Assembly (NCBI GenBank): GCA_032718475.1
Contig: JAUCBJ010006255.1
Span: 1-56,990, forward strand
Origin: Nemertoderma westbladi
Lineage: Eukaryota > Animalia > Xenacoelomorpha
Direction: 5' to 3'
DNA length: 56,990 nucleotides
Position 1 is the stretch's first letter. Every line of letters begins with the position of its first letter. Position numbers and translations under genes: made by a program. The notes under the pieces are model-generated. The model made no database searches, was not told the DNA's origin, and worked only from the letters and a program-made list of their open reading frames with translations. Below, one piece after another: positions 11,673-22,654 of the stretch.

Positions 11673-12693
11673 GATGGAACCAACGCTATTATTTTATTAA
11701 ACAATATATTGTATAACTACAATTAAAATGTTTTGTTTAGGACCTACCAAAAATATATCACAGAGTACACCCCTGGACTAAGAATACTCCATTTCCTCTT
11801 ATGACATCATACGAACTAAGAATACTTACATACCTAATTAAGTATAACTATTAATTAAAGTGGATTTAGTATTCAAAAATGTCATTATCGAGGGAATCAT
11901 CTTTACAGAAATCATTTAGGAACAATGATGATAAATATATATGGTAAAGTTAATACTAAACCTTCTTTTGTGGTAGTTTGTCAAGTCATATGTTTGATAG
12001 TGTGCATTTGCGTCATCTTTAATTGCATCTGTTGTTATGGTAACCTGTGAAGGAGTGGTGTCTGAAATGCTATTTAGATGTCACTTGTTATTTTAAAGAA
12101 TTGTACTGTAGTCACATTATGATTGATTGGTTTTCATTGACCTAAATATTTTGTCATAATTTTGAAACAGAGTGGAATGAGATTAAAAAGTTGATAAAGA
12201 AAAATATTTCAGACATGGGTAGGGTATATCTTTGGTACCATATATAACCGTTATAACAAAATAAGTTTCGCTCTCAGTATACCAAAATTTTCCAAAACTA
12301 ATATTCAACATCATGTCGCAATTTGTTTTTAAAATAATGATATTGTTCTAGAATGGTAGCTATTTCTCTAAAACATGCCAGTTTTAATTTAGCAGCGCTC
12401 CTATGGCAACAATAATTATATTCCAGAATTTTATGACACATTTAGAATTGTTAGACCAGTAGCTATCTTTTTCAGAAGACGCGAAGAATTTATATTGAGT
12501 TCTTAGACTACTACAGCATGTTTGTTATTTTGCCATTTCCATGACAACCGGTGATAACACCAAGTCAGCTACCGATTCAGTTTTGTTATCATATCAAAAT
12601 GAATGGCCAGAAGCTAGGTCTTCCGAAAAATATAAGTTCCAGATGGTTACCAAAAAGTATCCCCTATGCTGGCTGGCCCATGGACTATATGTA

Positions 12694-13623
12694 TTGTATG
12701 TGGGGCGAGCGACGAAAGTAAGCGAGCTTAGCATACAGGTACCACTAACTCAATCGGTGTGTCTGTTGCTCTGTTGATCTGTTGTTCTGTCGTTCTGTTG
12801 TGTCCAATTTTAAACGTTAATAACTCAGCCAAATCTCGATAAAATATATCCAAACTTGGTACATATGTAGTCTGGCAAAAGTTTAGAAATTTTCCAAGTT
12901 GAATTTGCGTGGGTTCTTCATGCAGCATCGGTGTAACTGTCTTGCAGTTATAATACATTTATCTATCCAAAAATTATTAGGCTTTGCATCAGATGGTTGC
13001 TAGTACGGTACCAGTACTGCTACAGTGGTACAGAGTTACCGGTACCGTCTTGGGGTTGTTGGTCGTTGGTCACCAATCGGCTCTGCAACAGCAACCATGC
13101 AGCCATGGAAGTTTTGAAATTATGCGGACTTAGGACAGACTGACATATTGTCAGGTTGTACCAGCTGACCTTTATTCCATGTACTGGTATACGATACTGC
13201 ACTAGGTACCCCAACTGCCCAATACTGCAATACCCAGCAACGTTTTGTAATTGTACCGGTACTCAAACAACTCGCCATCAAGGTCACTGTCTCTGTCTGT
13301 CGCAGTGTCGTTGGCGACCTCGACTTTTGGTATCACTACTGCGCTAGCGCTACGGGCAAACTGGACTAACCGATGAGCGAGACCCGAGGACTGAGGAATG
13401 AATACATTTAATTTTTTGAATAGTTTGACTGTGGACTTCTATGACATCGATGTCAAGTTGCCAATGCCAAAGTTTTTTTTAAAGTAAAAGTTTGGTTAAA
13501 TTTTCTTAATTATTTATTTAAATTTCTTATGTTCCGATTTTGGGATATAATTGCACAATTTTAATCTGTATCTAATAACTGACCCTCGTCATGCACGATG
13601 GCCCCACGAACGTGTTAACTTGT
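12694..13623 (+). mobile_element. Helentron-associated / DINE-1-like non-autonomous element, copy 1
   Basis: 5' gtggggcgagcg...gcgagc, gtctgt-type microsatellite, 3' gccccacgaacgtgtt (short subterminal IR gtggggc/gccccac); both ends recur at 34665-35878, 3' end at 43090-43168. Confidence 0.65.
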
Positions 13624-15065
13624 ATTTACGGGAAGCAGGGATAGAAATAAACTTGGAGTAAAGAATAAGGAATAATATTGAAGTTTGCGGTGGACATGGA
13701 CAGGCTGGACAATGAACATATTATTACCAGAAGGGAAGTGTAACTAAATGTTAAAGTGCTGTAAGGCCGTGTTGGGGCACATGAGGGATCTTAGCACAGT
13801 TCCTATATGTGTGTGATATCCAACTTTGTGCACATTCAGGAATATGTGCATTCTCTTCCTTGAATAAGATTATTGCGTTTTCTTATTCTTATTTATGTTG
13901 TTGTCTTTCTTGTTAAATTATTTTTAACATAATTGTTTATTCCAACGAACAATTTATGATAGAGAAACGTAATCACTATTGATTTTTGAAACGTTTTCTC
14001 TACATACATTGCTGTGAAGCAACATTGAACTAATTAAACATTACGAAGCGAGAGGTAGTTGGATAGTAATGGCACTATTGATTTTTGTTGCTAAGATCTT
14101 CTTCTGAAGTTACTGGAAGTTGCACTGCTGACAATCTAGCTACCAAACGTATACTACACAAAACCATCAACTAATCATAGACTTACTGTAACTATATAGA
14201 ACTGTGTTTGAATATATAGGATCTAAAACTCCAAAAAGATAGTCTATTTCCTGTATGTTGAATATGGGATAGCTAACTATGATACATTTACATTCTATGT
14301 TAATGTTTTCACAAATAACATTTTTAGTATCATTTTAATAAATTTGTTTTGAAGTGTGACAATGATTACTTACTACCGCTATTAAAATTAGTTCGTATGC
14401 AACTCAACAGATATCTGTCGGATATCTGTTGATGTTTTCTGCTTAACGCCACATATTATGTACATCTGTCCAACTTTTCCCCTTCCTAACATGTTTACAT
14501 GATAATAGCATATGCTTATTATAGCTTTTGTTTAATTTTTTGGTTTCATCCACCCGTTTCGGAAATCTTATCCTTTACTTAAAACCTGTATTATTTTGTA
14601 ATACGTTTTATATTTCGTTTATTGTTTTGGTGTAAGTGATCTAACTTTTCAGATTATTGTACATAGAAATAAAACGTAAAGTCAAACAAATCAATATATG
14701 ACAGCTATTTAAACAACTAACTCATAATAACAACTGAAATTTATTTTAAATAAATTTTTACTAAACTTATTCATTATTATTAAGAAACAATACAACCAAC
14801 CTACTGGTAAACTGATTGTTATATTTACATTATTTACAAATACTATTGCAGAGTAATTTCTAACTGGACTTTGAATTTAAGATTAATTCAGCAAAAGAAT
14901 CAAAGATGTAATTATTGGTTTTCATACAGCCAACATTTCAAATAAGAATACTAACTGCATTACTGTTGAATGAACAACTTATTCGCATACATTGCGATAT
15001 GATTTAAGTCAAAGGAAGAATTTATATTACAATTTTAATGAGAAGTGTTGTGCAGCTTTATTAGT

Positions 15066-15749
15066 ATGCGAAGACCAGTTTGGTTTTATGAGTTCAGACT
15101 CATACAAGGTCTGTGCATAGTGATACACTGCGCAATTGTATTTTGCACCTCCTGTAAAGTTGGTCACATATACAATTTTGCAAATGAAAATAAACAGCTC
15201 CAACAAGAGTACCAATCCCATATGGATCGCTTAATATCGGTCAACTGGGGAGACACCACACCCGTCATTGTAGATGGTTGCAATGAATGCGGAGTTCTGG
15301 CAATGAGGTTCTTCGGATACTCCTTGGTGGACGATGTCAAATACAACAACATGTTTGAATGGATTGGATACGGTTGCAAGATGAACAACACTGAGTATTC
15401 CTCATGTGTTAAGTTGCCATCAGGTGCTCCATGCGAGGCAATATTTAGCAATCCTGAGCTGGCAAATAGAGTGATGGAAGGAAAAGGAGATACTTTCACC
15501 AAAGTCAAAAAGTATCTCAATATAGAAATAACAACAACAAAGGAGATTTGCCAGCTTGTTTGTTGTAACAGCACTTGGGACTGCCCAGCTTTCGCCTGGG
15601 ACGAGGCCGACACTTTTACCGTAGGTACAACATCCGAAGCTGCAACTACCAGTACCGTAACCACAACCACAGCTACCAGTAGTGGATCTGAAAACATCGT
15701 GCCGTCAATGATTCAACTAGCCGTGGTTATGTGCATAATTTGCGGATAG
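15066..15749 (+). CDS. Secreted cysteine-rich, putative GPI-anchored Ly6/three-finger-like protein (single exon)
   Basis: First ATG at 15066; hydrophobic N-terminal segment; CNECG...GC...C...C...C..VCCNSTWDC; Thr-rich stalk; SSG small residues then hydrophobic C-terminus (MIQLAVVMCIICG). Confidence 0.7.
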   Translation: MRRPVWFYEFRLIQGLCIVIHCAIVFCTSCKVGHIYNFANENKQLQQEYQSHMDRLISVNWGDTTPVIVDGCNECGVLAMRFFGYSLVDDVKYNNMFEWIGYGCKMNNTEYSSCVKLPSGAPCEAIFSNPELANRVMEGKGDTFTKVKKYLNIEITTTKEICQLVCCNSTWDCPAFAWDEADTFTVGTTSEAATTSTVTTTTATSSGSENIVPSMIQLAVVMCIICG

Positions 15750-15934
15750 TTCTAGATAGAATTCGGATATGAAAAAAATTCACTGACTTGACCTTAAATC
15801 AACATTAACTAACTTTTCTAGACCAGTTTTTCCTGCCCAACACGAAGACAATTTCTCCCTCCCAATAGGTATAAGAACATTATAAGTGGTTTTAAATAAA
15901 GGCGGCACACTGCCACCCTGGGGTATAAGAGGGG

Positions 15935-16941
15935 AAAAAATAAATCTACAAATTTTAACGAATTTTTGTGATTATTGGTTTGTACTCAGAATTCACTATT
16001 CTGGATCTCAACGAAGAAAAAATCCAAAAAGGATTTACTGGGGTGGTTATTTGGCAGCACCAAATTTTCAAGTAGTGAACAATTTTCAAAAAATATTAAA
16101 GTTACAATTTCCACCAAATCTTTTTTCTACATAGGCTTTCTTGAGCGATGAATCCATTGGAAGATATTAAAATAAAACATTTAAAAACCATATTAACAAA
16201 ACCAAAATATGTAACCAGCACTTTTCAGTTTGAACACAAAAAAGTAATTTACTTATAACAGGCTATAAATTAACTTTTTTAGGGTTTCTGGGGTGCTGAT
16301 TCCAATGAAACAAATTTCTAATCTTCCAGATCATTGCTACTCGCACTTTTTTGCGTAATATGGCTAATTTTGGTGCTAGCACTAGATTTCGCACCAACTT
16401 CCGAAAAATACAAGTATATGATGTCCAGTGCCGTTTTTATTTATTCCATGGTATTCAGAACCCTCATAAACCCGGATATCGCAAGAAATAAGATGATACT
16501 ATTTATTCATAAATTTGCTTATTTTCAAAATTTGGTGCTTGCACAAAAGCACCCATCGCCGTAAAATACAAGTTTGAGAATTCTTCTGTATTCTTTAGTT
16601 ATCCCATTGAATTCAGAACCCTCAAAAACCCGTATAACGCAAGTAACAAGAGGATACAATGAATTGATATATTTGATGGATTTCAAAATTTGGTGCATAA
16701 TAGCACCAAATTTTACACCGAATTCCGAAAAATACAAGTTTGAGATGTACCTATTGTTAGATTTTCATTTATTCCCTTGAATTCAGAACCCCCATTTACT
16801 TGTAAAATGCGAGAATTAAGTTGTCGTATTCAATTAACTTTTGATGGCTTTTCAAAATTTCGTGTTTTTTTTTCATTTTTCAGTGTTAACTACAAAAGCT
16901 TAAGAAGGGACATATTGACTTCGCCCCCGGGTTTAATAGGG
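15935..16941. mobile_element. Second, decayed copy of the piggyBac-type element at 4412..5988
   Basis: Colinear similarity (aatctacaaatttt, tactggggtggttattt, gtaaccagcacttttcagtt, ~163-bp units); right end catattgac..cccccgggtttaataggg retained, left TIR missing. Confidence 0.85.
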
Positions 16942-17645
16942 TTTTAATGAACATGGCCCTGAATTATTTTGAATATTAAAAGCGTCATTGTGCCACCTTT
17001 TTTAAGTGTTGGTACGCAAAGGATTAAAGTATATTATTCAATAACATTATAAGGTTATATATCAATATATTATATTATATTATATTATATACCAATATAT
17101 CATGTCATGTATTCAATAACGTAATTATAACATTATATAATTATTATTGGTGAAGGTTTGATCTATATATAGACTAAGGAGTATTTAATTATAATTTTAC
17201 GCATTTATCTAGAAAGAAAGTTTTCCTAGAAAGCCAGGAGGTATTGCCTGATTGAAAGCCTCATTGGTATTCTTTTCAACACCGAGAATAGAAATGAAGT
17301 TGAAGTAAATGTATAACCGTAACAACCAAACTATATCTTCGAATATTTTAAAGATTATATCAAATTTGGTTGTATTAAAAAGTCAGCGACAATGTGTTAA
17401 TGCTTAGTGACGGATGTAGTTTGGTATTATAACAGAAAGGGAGAACCTTTATATAAGGCTGTTTCCTAGATAAAAAATGAGTGGGGGTGGGGTGGATTGG
17501 GTGTCGTTAGTTCTAAAGTACTTTAGTTCCAAACCAGATACGTCATTAGTTCCAATGAGTTCGTCAGTAGTTCCAATGAGTTCGTCAGTAGTTCTAACCG
17601 TAAATGTAATTAGTTCCAATGGAATATAGTCTCTTAATTCTAAAC

Positions 17646-18739
17646 CAAGGTGTACTAAATAACAGGTTATGCAGCGAGAGGATTGCTGAAATTAGCGTGG
17701 GCCAATCTTTTAGGCCTTTTCTTAGGTGGATGTGATGACTAGGGTTCATATAAATGTAATAAACAATGTTTCTGGAAATTTTATATTGTTGTTGTCAAGT
17801 TTACCGGGTACAAAGTTCACACTTAGCCCGTCAGAAATTTAAGACGATGGGGGATTCTGTTCTTGAGATTTGGTAGGTGAGTAAAGGGAATAAAAGTCTA
17901 TTAAAATATTTTACATTTAAATATTTTTTCAATCCCATTGACATGGTAATAAGTATAATGAAATATTTTAATAATTGCCAACCAATTCTATAACACTTAA
18001 GACAATTCTACACCATTTTTATTCGGTTTGTCAGTCTTAATATTAAGTTAAAATTACCAATATTATATTTTATCAAACGTCAATTGCGAATCTTGTTTGT
18101 AAAGGTCAATAAGTGCCAATAAACAAAACTGTCCAATCAGAGAGCATACCCTGTGATAGCATGATTTTATGATTCCAGAACATTAAATTTTGGTTTGCAA
18201 TTATTAGAAAAAAAGGACAGGCCCCAGGCATGTCAGTTGCAAATGATATAAATAGAAAATAGTAGCCGAATTTCTACCAGGTGGTCATAATGTGAAATTA
18301 TCGGTACACACATTACCATGGAAACGGGATTGAAGAAAAATATAATTTTCAAATATTTTGATAGACTTTTATTTCCTTTACTCACCTGCCAAATCTCAAG
18401 AAGAGAATCCCCCTTCATCTTGAATTACAAATGCGCAAAGTCTGAAATTTGTTCCCGGGATACCTTGACAACAACAATATATAAATTCCAGAAAGACATT
18501 TTATTACATTTATGTGAACCCTAGTCGTCATATCCACCTAAGAAAAGTAGCATATAAGAAGTTTCTAAGGAAATATTATGAAAATCGTGCCTTAAATCAA
18601 GGACTTCTAGAACATAGTATATATTCTAGAATAGAATATATACTATGTTCTAGAAGTCCTTGCTTAAATAGGGAAAAGATCGGCCCAGGCTAATTTCTGC
18701 AATCCGCTTGCTGCATGACCTGTTATTTAGTACACCTTG
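17646..18739. mobile_element. P-superfamily-type foldback MITE with ~300-bp TIRs
   Basis: Termini caaggtgtactaaataacagg / cctgttatttagtacaccttg; 8-bp TSD ttctaaac (17638-17645, 18740-18747); 17720-17950 mirrors 18310-18546. Confidence 0.85.
18598..18662. mobile_element. 65-bp perfect hairpin MITE (CAAGG...CCTTG, P-type termini)
   Basis: 31-bp arms around a 3-nt loop; 7-bp TSD cttaaat (18591-18597, 18663-18669). Confidence 0.85.
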
Positions 18740-19061
18740 TTCTAAACCAACCGCCATTTGTTCTAAACTGGATACGTCAATAGTTCTAATTAATAGCTGC
18801 GTAAATAGTTGTGACGGGATCCTGATTGGTTCGTGGGATCCCGACTGGGTTGATTGATGTTTAAGTTCCTATGCGTCGCTGCATTGCTGGATGTCTGGGA
18901 AATACTAAAAGGCCGAAGGCCGGTTAAATAAGAGTGCGCGCCCGGGTTACTGCTTCAATCATGATACGTGAAAACCAAATTTACAAATATTCAAATTATT
19001 TAATAAATTAAATCAAGTAGGTAAAATTACAAAGACCACACAAGTAACCAATTATTATAAC

Positions 19062-19099
19062 TCAGCAATATTTCGGCCTACAGGCCTTTGTCTAGCTGA
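19062..19099 (-). ncRNA. Minimal hammerhead-like motif (variant core) in 3' pLTR
   Basis: Minus strand reads tcagc-tagacaa-aggcc-tgta-ggcc-gaaa-tatt-gctga. Confidence 0.5.
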
Positions 19100-19372
19100 C
19101 TATGGAAAATACCTAACTACCCAGAGAACTGCACGAGGTGAAGTGAACAGTACCGGTTCGTAGGCCTGTATGACTCATACATACGTCGCGTGGGCCTTCG
19201 CGTAGCATGTGTACAAGCACATAAGAAATAAACTAACTAAATGGGGAAATCAACTTAACACTAATATTTGGTAGGATATAAATTGCACCAGTGTGAATTC
19301 TAACTAAACACTACAAAAAACAAAAACAAATTGGGAATTCTAACTACAGTATACTGCGATCTACATACGTTT

Positions 19373-22336
19373 ACCATCCTGCGTCGAATGGTGTTTGATA
19401 TTGGGTGTTCATTATGGGTGTTTTCTGTCTTATAGCTAACTTTTCTCTAAGTTTCCTATCGACAAAATCTTTACAATGTTTTAGAATCGTGATAGTTAAC
19501 GGGTGTGGTGTGGTGTGGTGTGTTTGTCGGGGTGTGTGGTTGTGAAATGTGCCCCTACTGCATTATCATTCTTCTTATTCTTATTGCGGACTGCGTTGCG
19601 GTGTTTTGCAACCCGTTGTCTAATCCAGTCTCCGGTTTCTCCAATATAGATCTCCTTACACAGGTTGCAGGAGATCTGATATACTACATTACGCGTCGTA
19701 CATTTGTTTTTGAGACCATTATTACATGTGTAACAAACCACGTTCGGTAAGCTAGGGCATTTGGGTGGGACTGTGTTCGTTCTAATCAACAGGTCTTTGA
19801 TTTTAGGGCCAGTGGTTGATACTACCCGTATTGAGTTGTGGAAGGGTGATTGTCTAACTATTGAGTTGATTTTGCGTAGAATGTTCTCGTTAATGTAAGG
19901 TAATACCAGTGGGGTTAATGTTGGTCTACTAGTTCTCGTTCCCGTTCCCGTTCCCCCCCGTGTTGTCCCTGTGCCCCGGGCTTCTCGGGTGAGTCTACTA
20001 ATAACTAGAGGGGGGTAATCGTTGTTGTGGAGGGTGTTTATAATTGTGGACAGGCCCCGGGACTCCCCTTCAACGGTGGTGGCGTGGGTCACCGCGCGTC
20101 TCAGGGCGTTACGGGCGGTGTTCAGGATGGTACTCTTAGGGTGGGCGCTATTATAGTTTAACATAATACCAGCGTTCGATGGTTTCACAAAAAGTTCAAA
20201 ATCAATGTGTCCGTTGTTGTTTACCGTGGTTAGGACGTCTAGAAAAGATAGTTTATCGAACGAAAACTCCATCGTGTATTTAATGGTGTTGTGGCAAGTA
20301 TTCAGGTAATCGACAAAATTAACGAGTTCAGTTTCACCGTGTTTCCACGTCGCCCATCCGTCGTCATAGTAACGCCACCAACACTCTGGTGCTAGGTGGT
20401 AGTTACCTAACCATTTTAGTTCTTGTAAATAAATATACAATTGGGCGAAAGGTGCCGCTTTCTTGTTACCCATCCCTAGGCCTAACAATTGTCGGTAAAA
20501 TTTACCGTTGAAATGAAAGTAAGACAGTTCAGAACAAATCGATAAGATCCCATAAAAATCGGGAACAGTGATACCAAATAAATTGATCTCCTGTTGGTGC
20601 TGGGCTAAAAAATCTGTAATTAAATCGATTCCCTCGGGTACATTAATATTAGTATACATCGAAACGATGTCTAAGCTAAAAATGATGTCTCCGGGATCCA
20701 GGGGAGGTAGAGTTTTAACGCGTTGCATGAAGTCGAGGGTATCTTTTAGGCGGCTGGGGATGAGGTTGACGAGTTGTGTAAGAATTTGGCAGCAAACCCA
20801 CGCTAGCTTCTCCGAGGGGGATCCGATTCCCGATGAGATGGGCCGCATTGGGTTGTTCGCTTTATGATTCTTCGGATTTCCATATAACTGCGGTGCACAT
20901 GGTCTACTGTTAAGTAGACTAGCCACCTTGTAAGGGGTTTGTGATCGAGGAAGTAAATTCTTGATCCCATTGTTAACTCGTACACCCTCGGTACGGGTGG
21001 GGTTGCGGCGGAGTTGTTGGTACGCGGTTGTGTCACTGAGTATATCGTGTTCCATTTTGGTGATGTAACCTGGTTTATTGAATACTGCCAAACCGCCGGA
21101 TTTATCGGTTTTCTTTATAACGATGGTGTCACTCCTCTGCAGATCTTTCAGTGCTGTGGATTCAGTCTTCGTTAAACCCGAGGGGACTTCAGTTTTTGGT
21201 ACATGTTGTCGGTATGTTCGTATAATAGCGCTGCGGAGGTCGTCTAACTCGTAGTCGAGGCGTGGTGATGAGGTTGGAGGTTTAGTTCTGTGCACGTCGG
21301 GGAACGGGGTAAAGGGTAAACCGGGAAGTCGTTGCGGTTGCGGGGTGCTGGTTGGTTGGGGGGTGGTTAGCGGTTGAGTAGTGGTTGGTGTGTGGGCTGT
21401 TGTTAGTATTGGAGTGGGTTGTTGTGTTGTGCTCGTACGGAGTGTGGTGTTAGCCTGCAAAGTGGTTGGTCTCGTGATGGCCTCTCGCCATAGGGTGGCG
21501 TACGCGTGTCGTTGTATACCGATCTCGACGTCCGTCCATAGCTCGTCATTAACTTTACGAGGTAAGGCGAACTTCGGTCCTTTGCTGAGAAGGGGAACGG
21601 TTCCTACGGGGAACTTGGAGTTGGTCAGTATAGTGACTCGTTCTACCGGGTGGGAACTCGTTGGGTTCGCGGTCGCTGGGTGCGCAGGCGTTGGGTTTGC
21701 GTTCGTTGGGTTGGCGCTCGCAGTCGCTGGGTTCGCGTTCGTTGGGTTCGCACTCACGGTTGCTGGGTTCGCGTTCGTTGGGTTTGCGTTCACTGGGTTC
21801 GCGCTCGTTCCGTAAGCGGGCGTTGGGATCGCGTATGGGGGGTTTTTGGTCGCGCGGGTCGGCCCACTCAGGGTCGACGGGCTCAAATGCAGTAGTTTCA
21901 CCCTGTGTCGTGGTGATATGATGCGTGTGACTTGGTTGCGAATGTCAGTTTCCAAATTATGCATAGTGGAATGCATACTACCTTCTACCAGTGTTGTGTT
22001 GATGTATAGGCCTACTTTCTGTCGTAGATGTAGTAATCTGTTACGGGTCGACGCTAGAATAGCGTGTGTAGCTCGGATGGCTAGGCTTAACATTCTGTAT
22101 TTAAAATCATGAGATAACTTACTGAAACTTGGGTGCGCGATATTCCCAGATACTGCACATTGTACGAAATTCGGGAACTTATTCATATGGTGGCAGGTCA
22201 GAAGGAACCGGTTGTGTAGACTAAACCTCGCAAGTCTCTCTGTAGCTAGACATATTCCAAACAGGGCATGACGCTGGTCCGGCGGTAGTTGCATATTGCG
22301 AATAATAGTGCGCGCCCGGGTTACTGCTTCAATCAT
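19373..22336 (-). CDS. Penelope-like RT / GIY-YIG endonuclease polyprotein; one frameshift near 19500
   Basis: LLSKGPKF, KKTDKSGG, LYGNPKNHK, MRPISS, FSLDIVSMYTNI, GLGMG, WRYYDD, FLDV, CTTRNVVYQISCNLCKEIYIGETG; C-terminus ITILKHCKDFVDRKLREKLAIRQKTPIMN continues in another frame. Confidence 0.93.
21650..21810 (-). repeat. In-frame 15/21-bp coding repeats (ANPTN/ANPAT) in Penelope N-terminus
   Basis: tgggtt(c/t)gcgttcgt reiterated; protein ANPVNANPTNANPATVSANPTN... Confidence 0.85.
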
Positions 22337-22616
22337 GATACGTGAAAACCAAAATAGTATAGTATACTGTAGTTAGAATTCCCAATTTGTTTTTGTTTTT
22401 TGTAGTGTTTAGTTAGAATTCACACTGGTGCAATTTATATCCTACCAAATATTAGTGTTAAGTTGATTTCCCCATTTAGTTAGTTTATTTCTTATGTGCT
22501 TGTACACATGCTACGCGAAGGCCCACGCGACGTATGTATGAGTCATACAGGCCTACGAACCGGTACTGTTCACTTCACCTCGTGCAGTTCTCTGGGTAGT
22601 TAGGTATTTTCCATAG

Positions 22617-22654
22617 TCAGCTAGACAAAGGCCTGTAGGCCGAAATATTGCTGA
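22617..22654 (+). ncRNA. Minimal hammerhead-like motif (variant core) in inverted pLTR
   Basis: tcagc/gctga closing stem, ggcc-tgta-ggcc stem II, GAAA, palindromic aatatt; core CUAGACAA in place of CUGANGA. Confidence 0.5.

Larger units (their letters stand above)
7617..12687. mobile_element. Internally deleted Academ (AcademX-like) DNA transposon with long TIRs
   Basis: Termini tagtccatgggccagccagcatagggg / cccctatgctggctggcccatggacta; 3-bp TSD tat (7614-7616, 12688-12690); arms 7617-8169 plus 10760-10820 mirror 11860-12687; XPG/PIN-like remnant inside. Confidence 0.8.

Noticed and set aside
15164-15697. 177-aa antisense ORF
   Set aside because: Shadow of the Ly6-like gene with no independent features.
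21381-22112. Plus-strand ORFs over the Penelope N-terminus
   Set aside because: Antisense shadows of low-complexity coding repeats.
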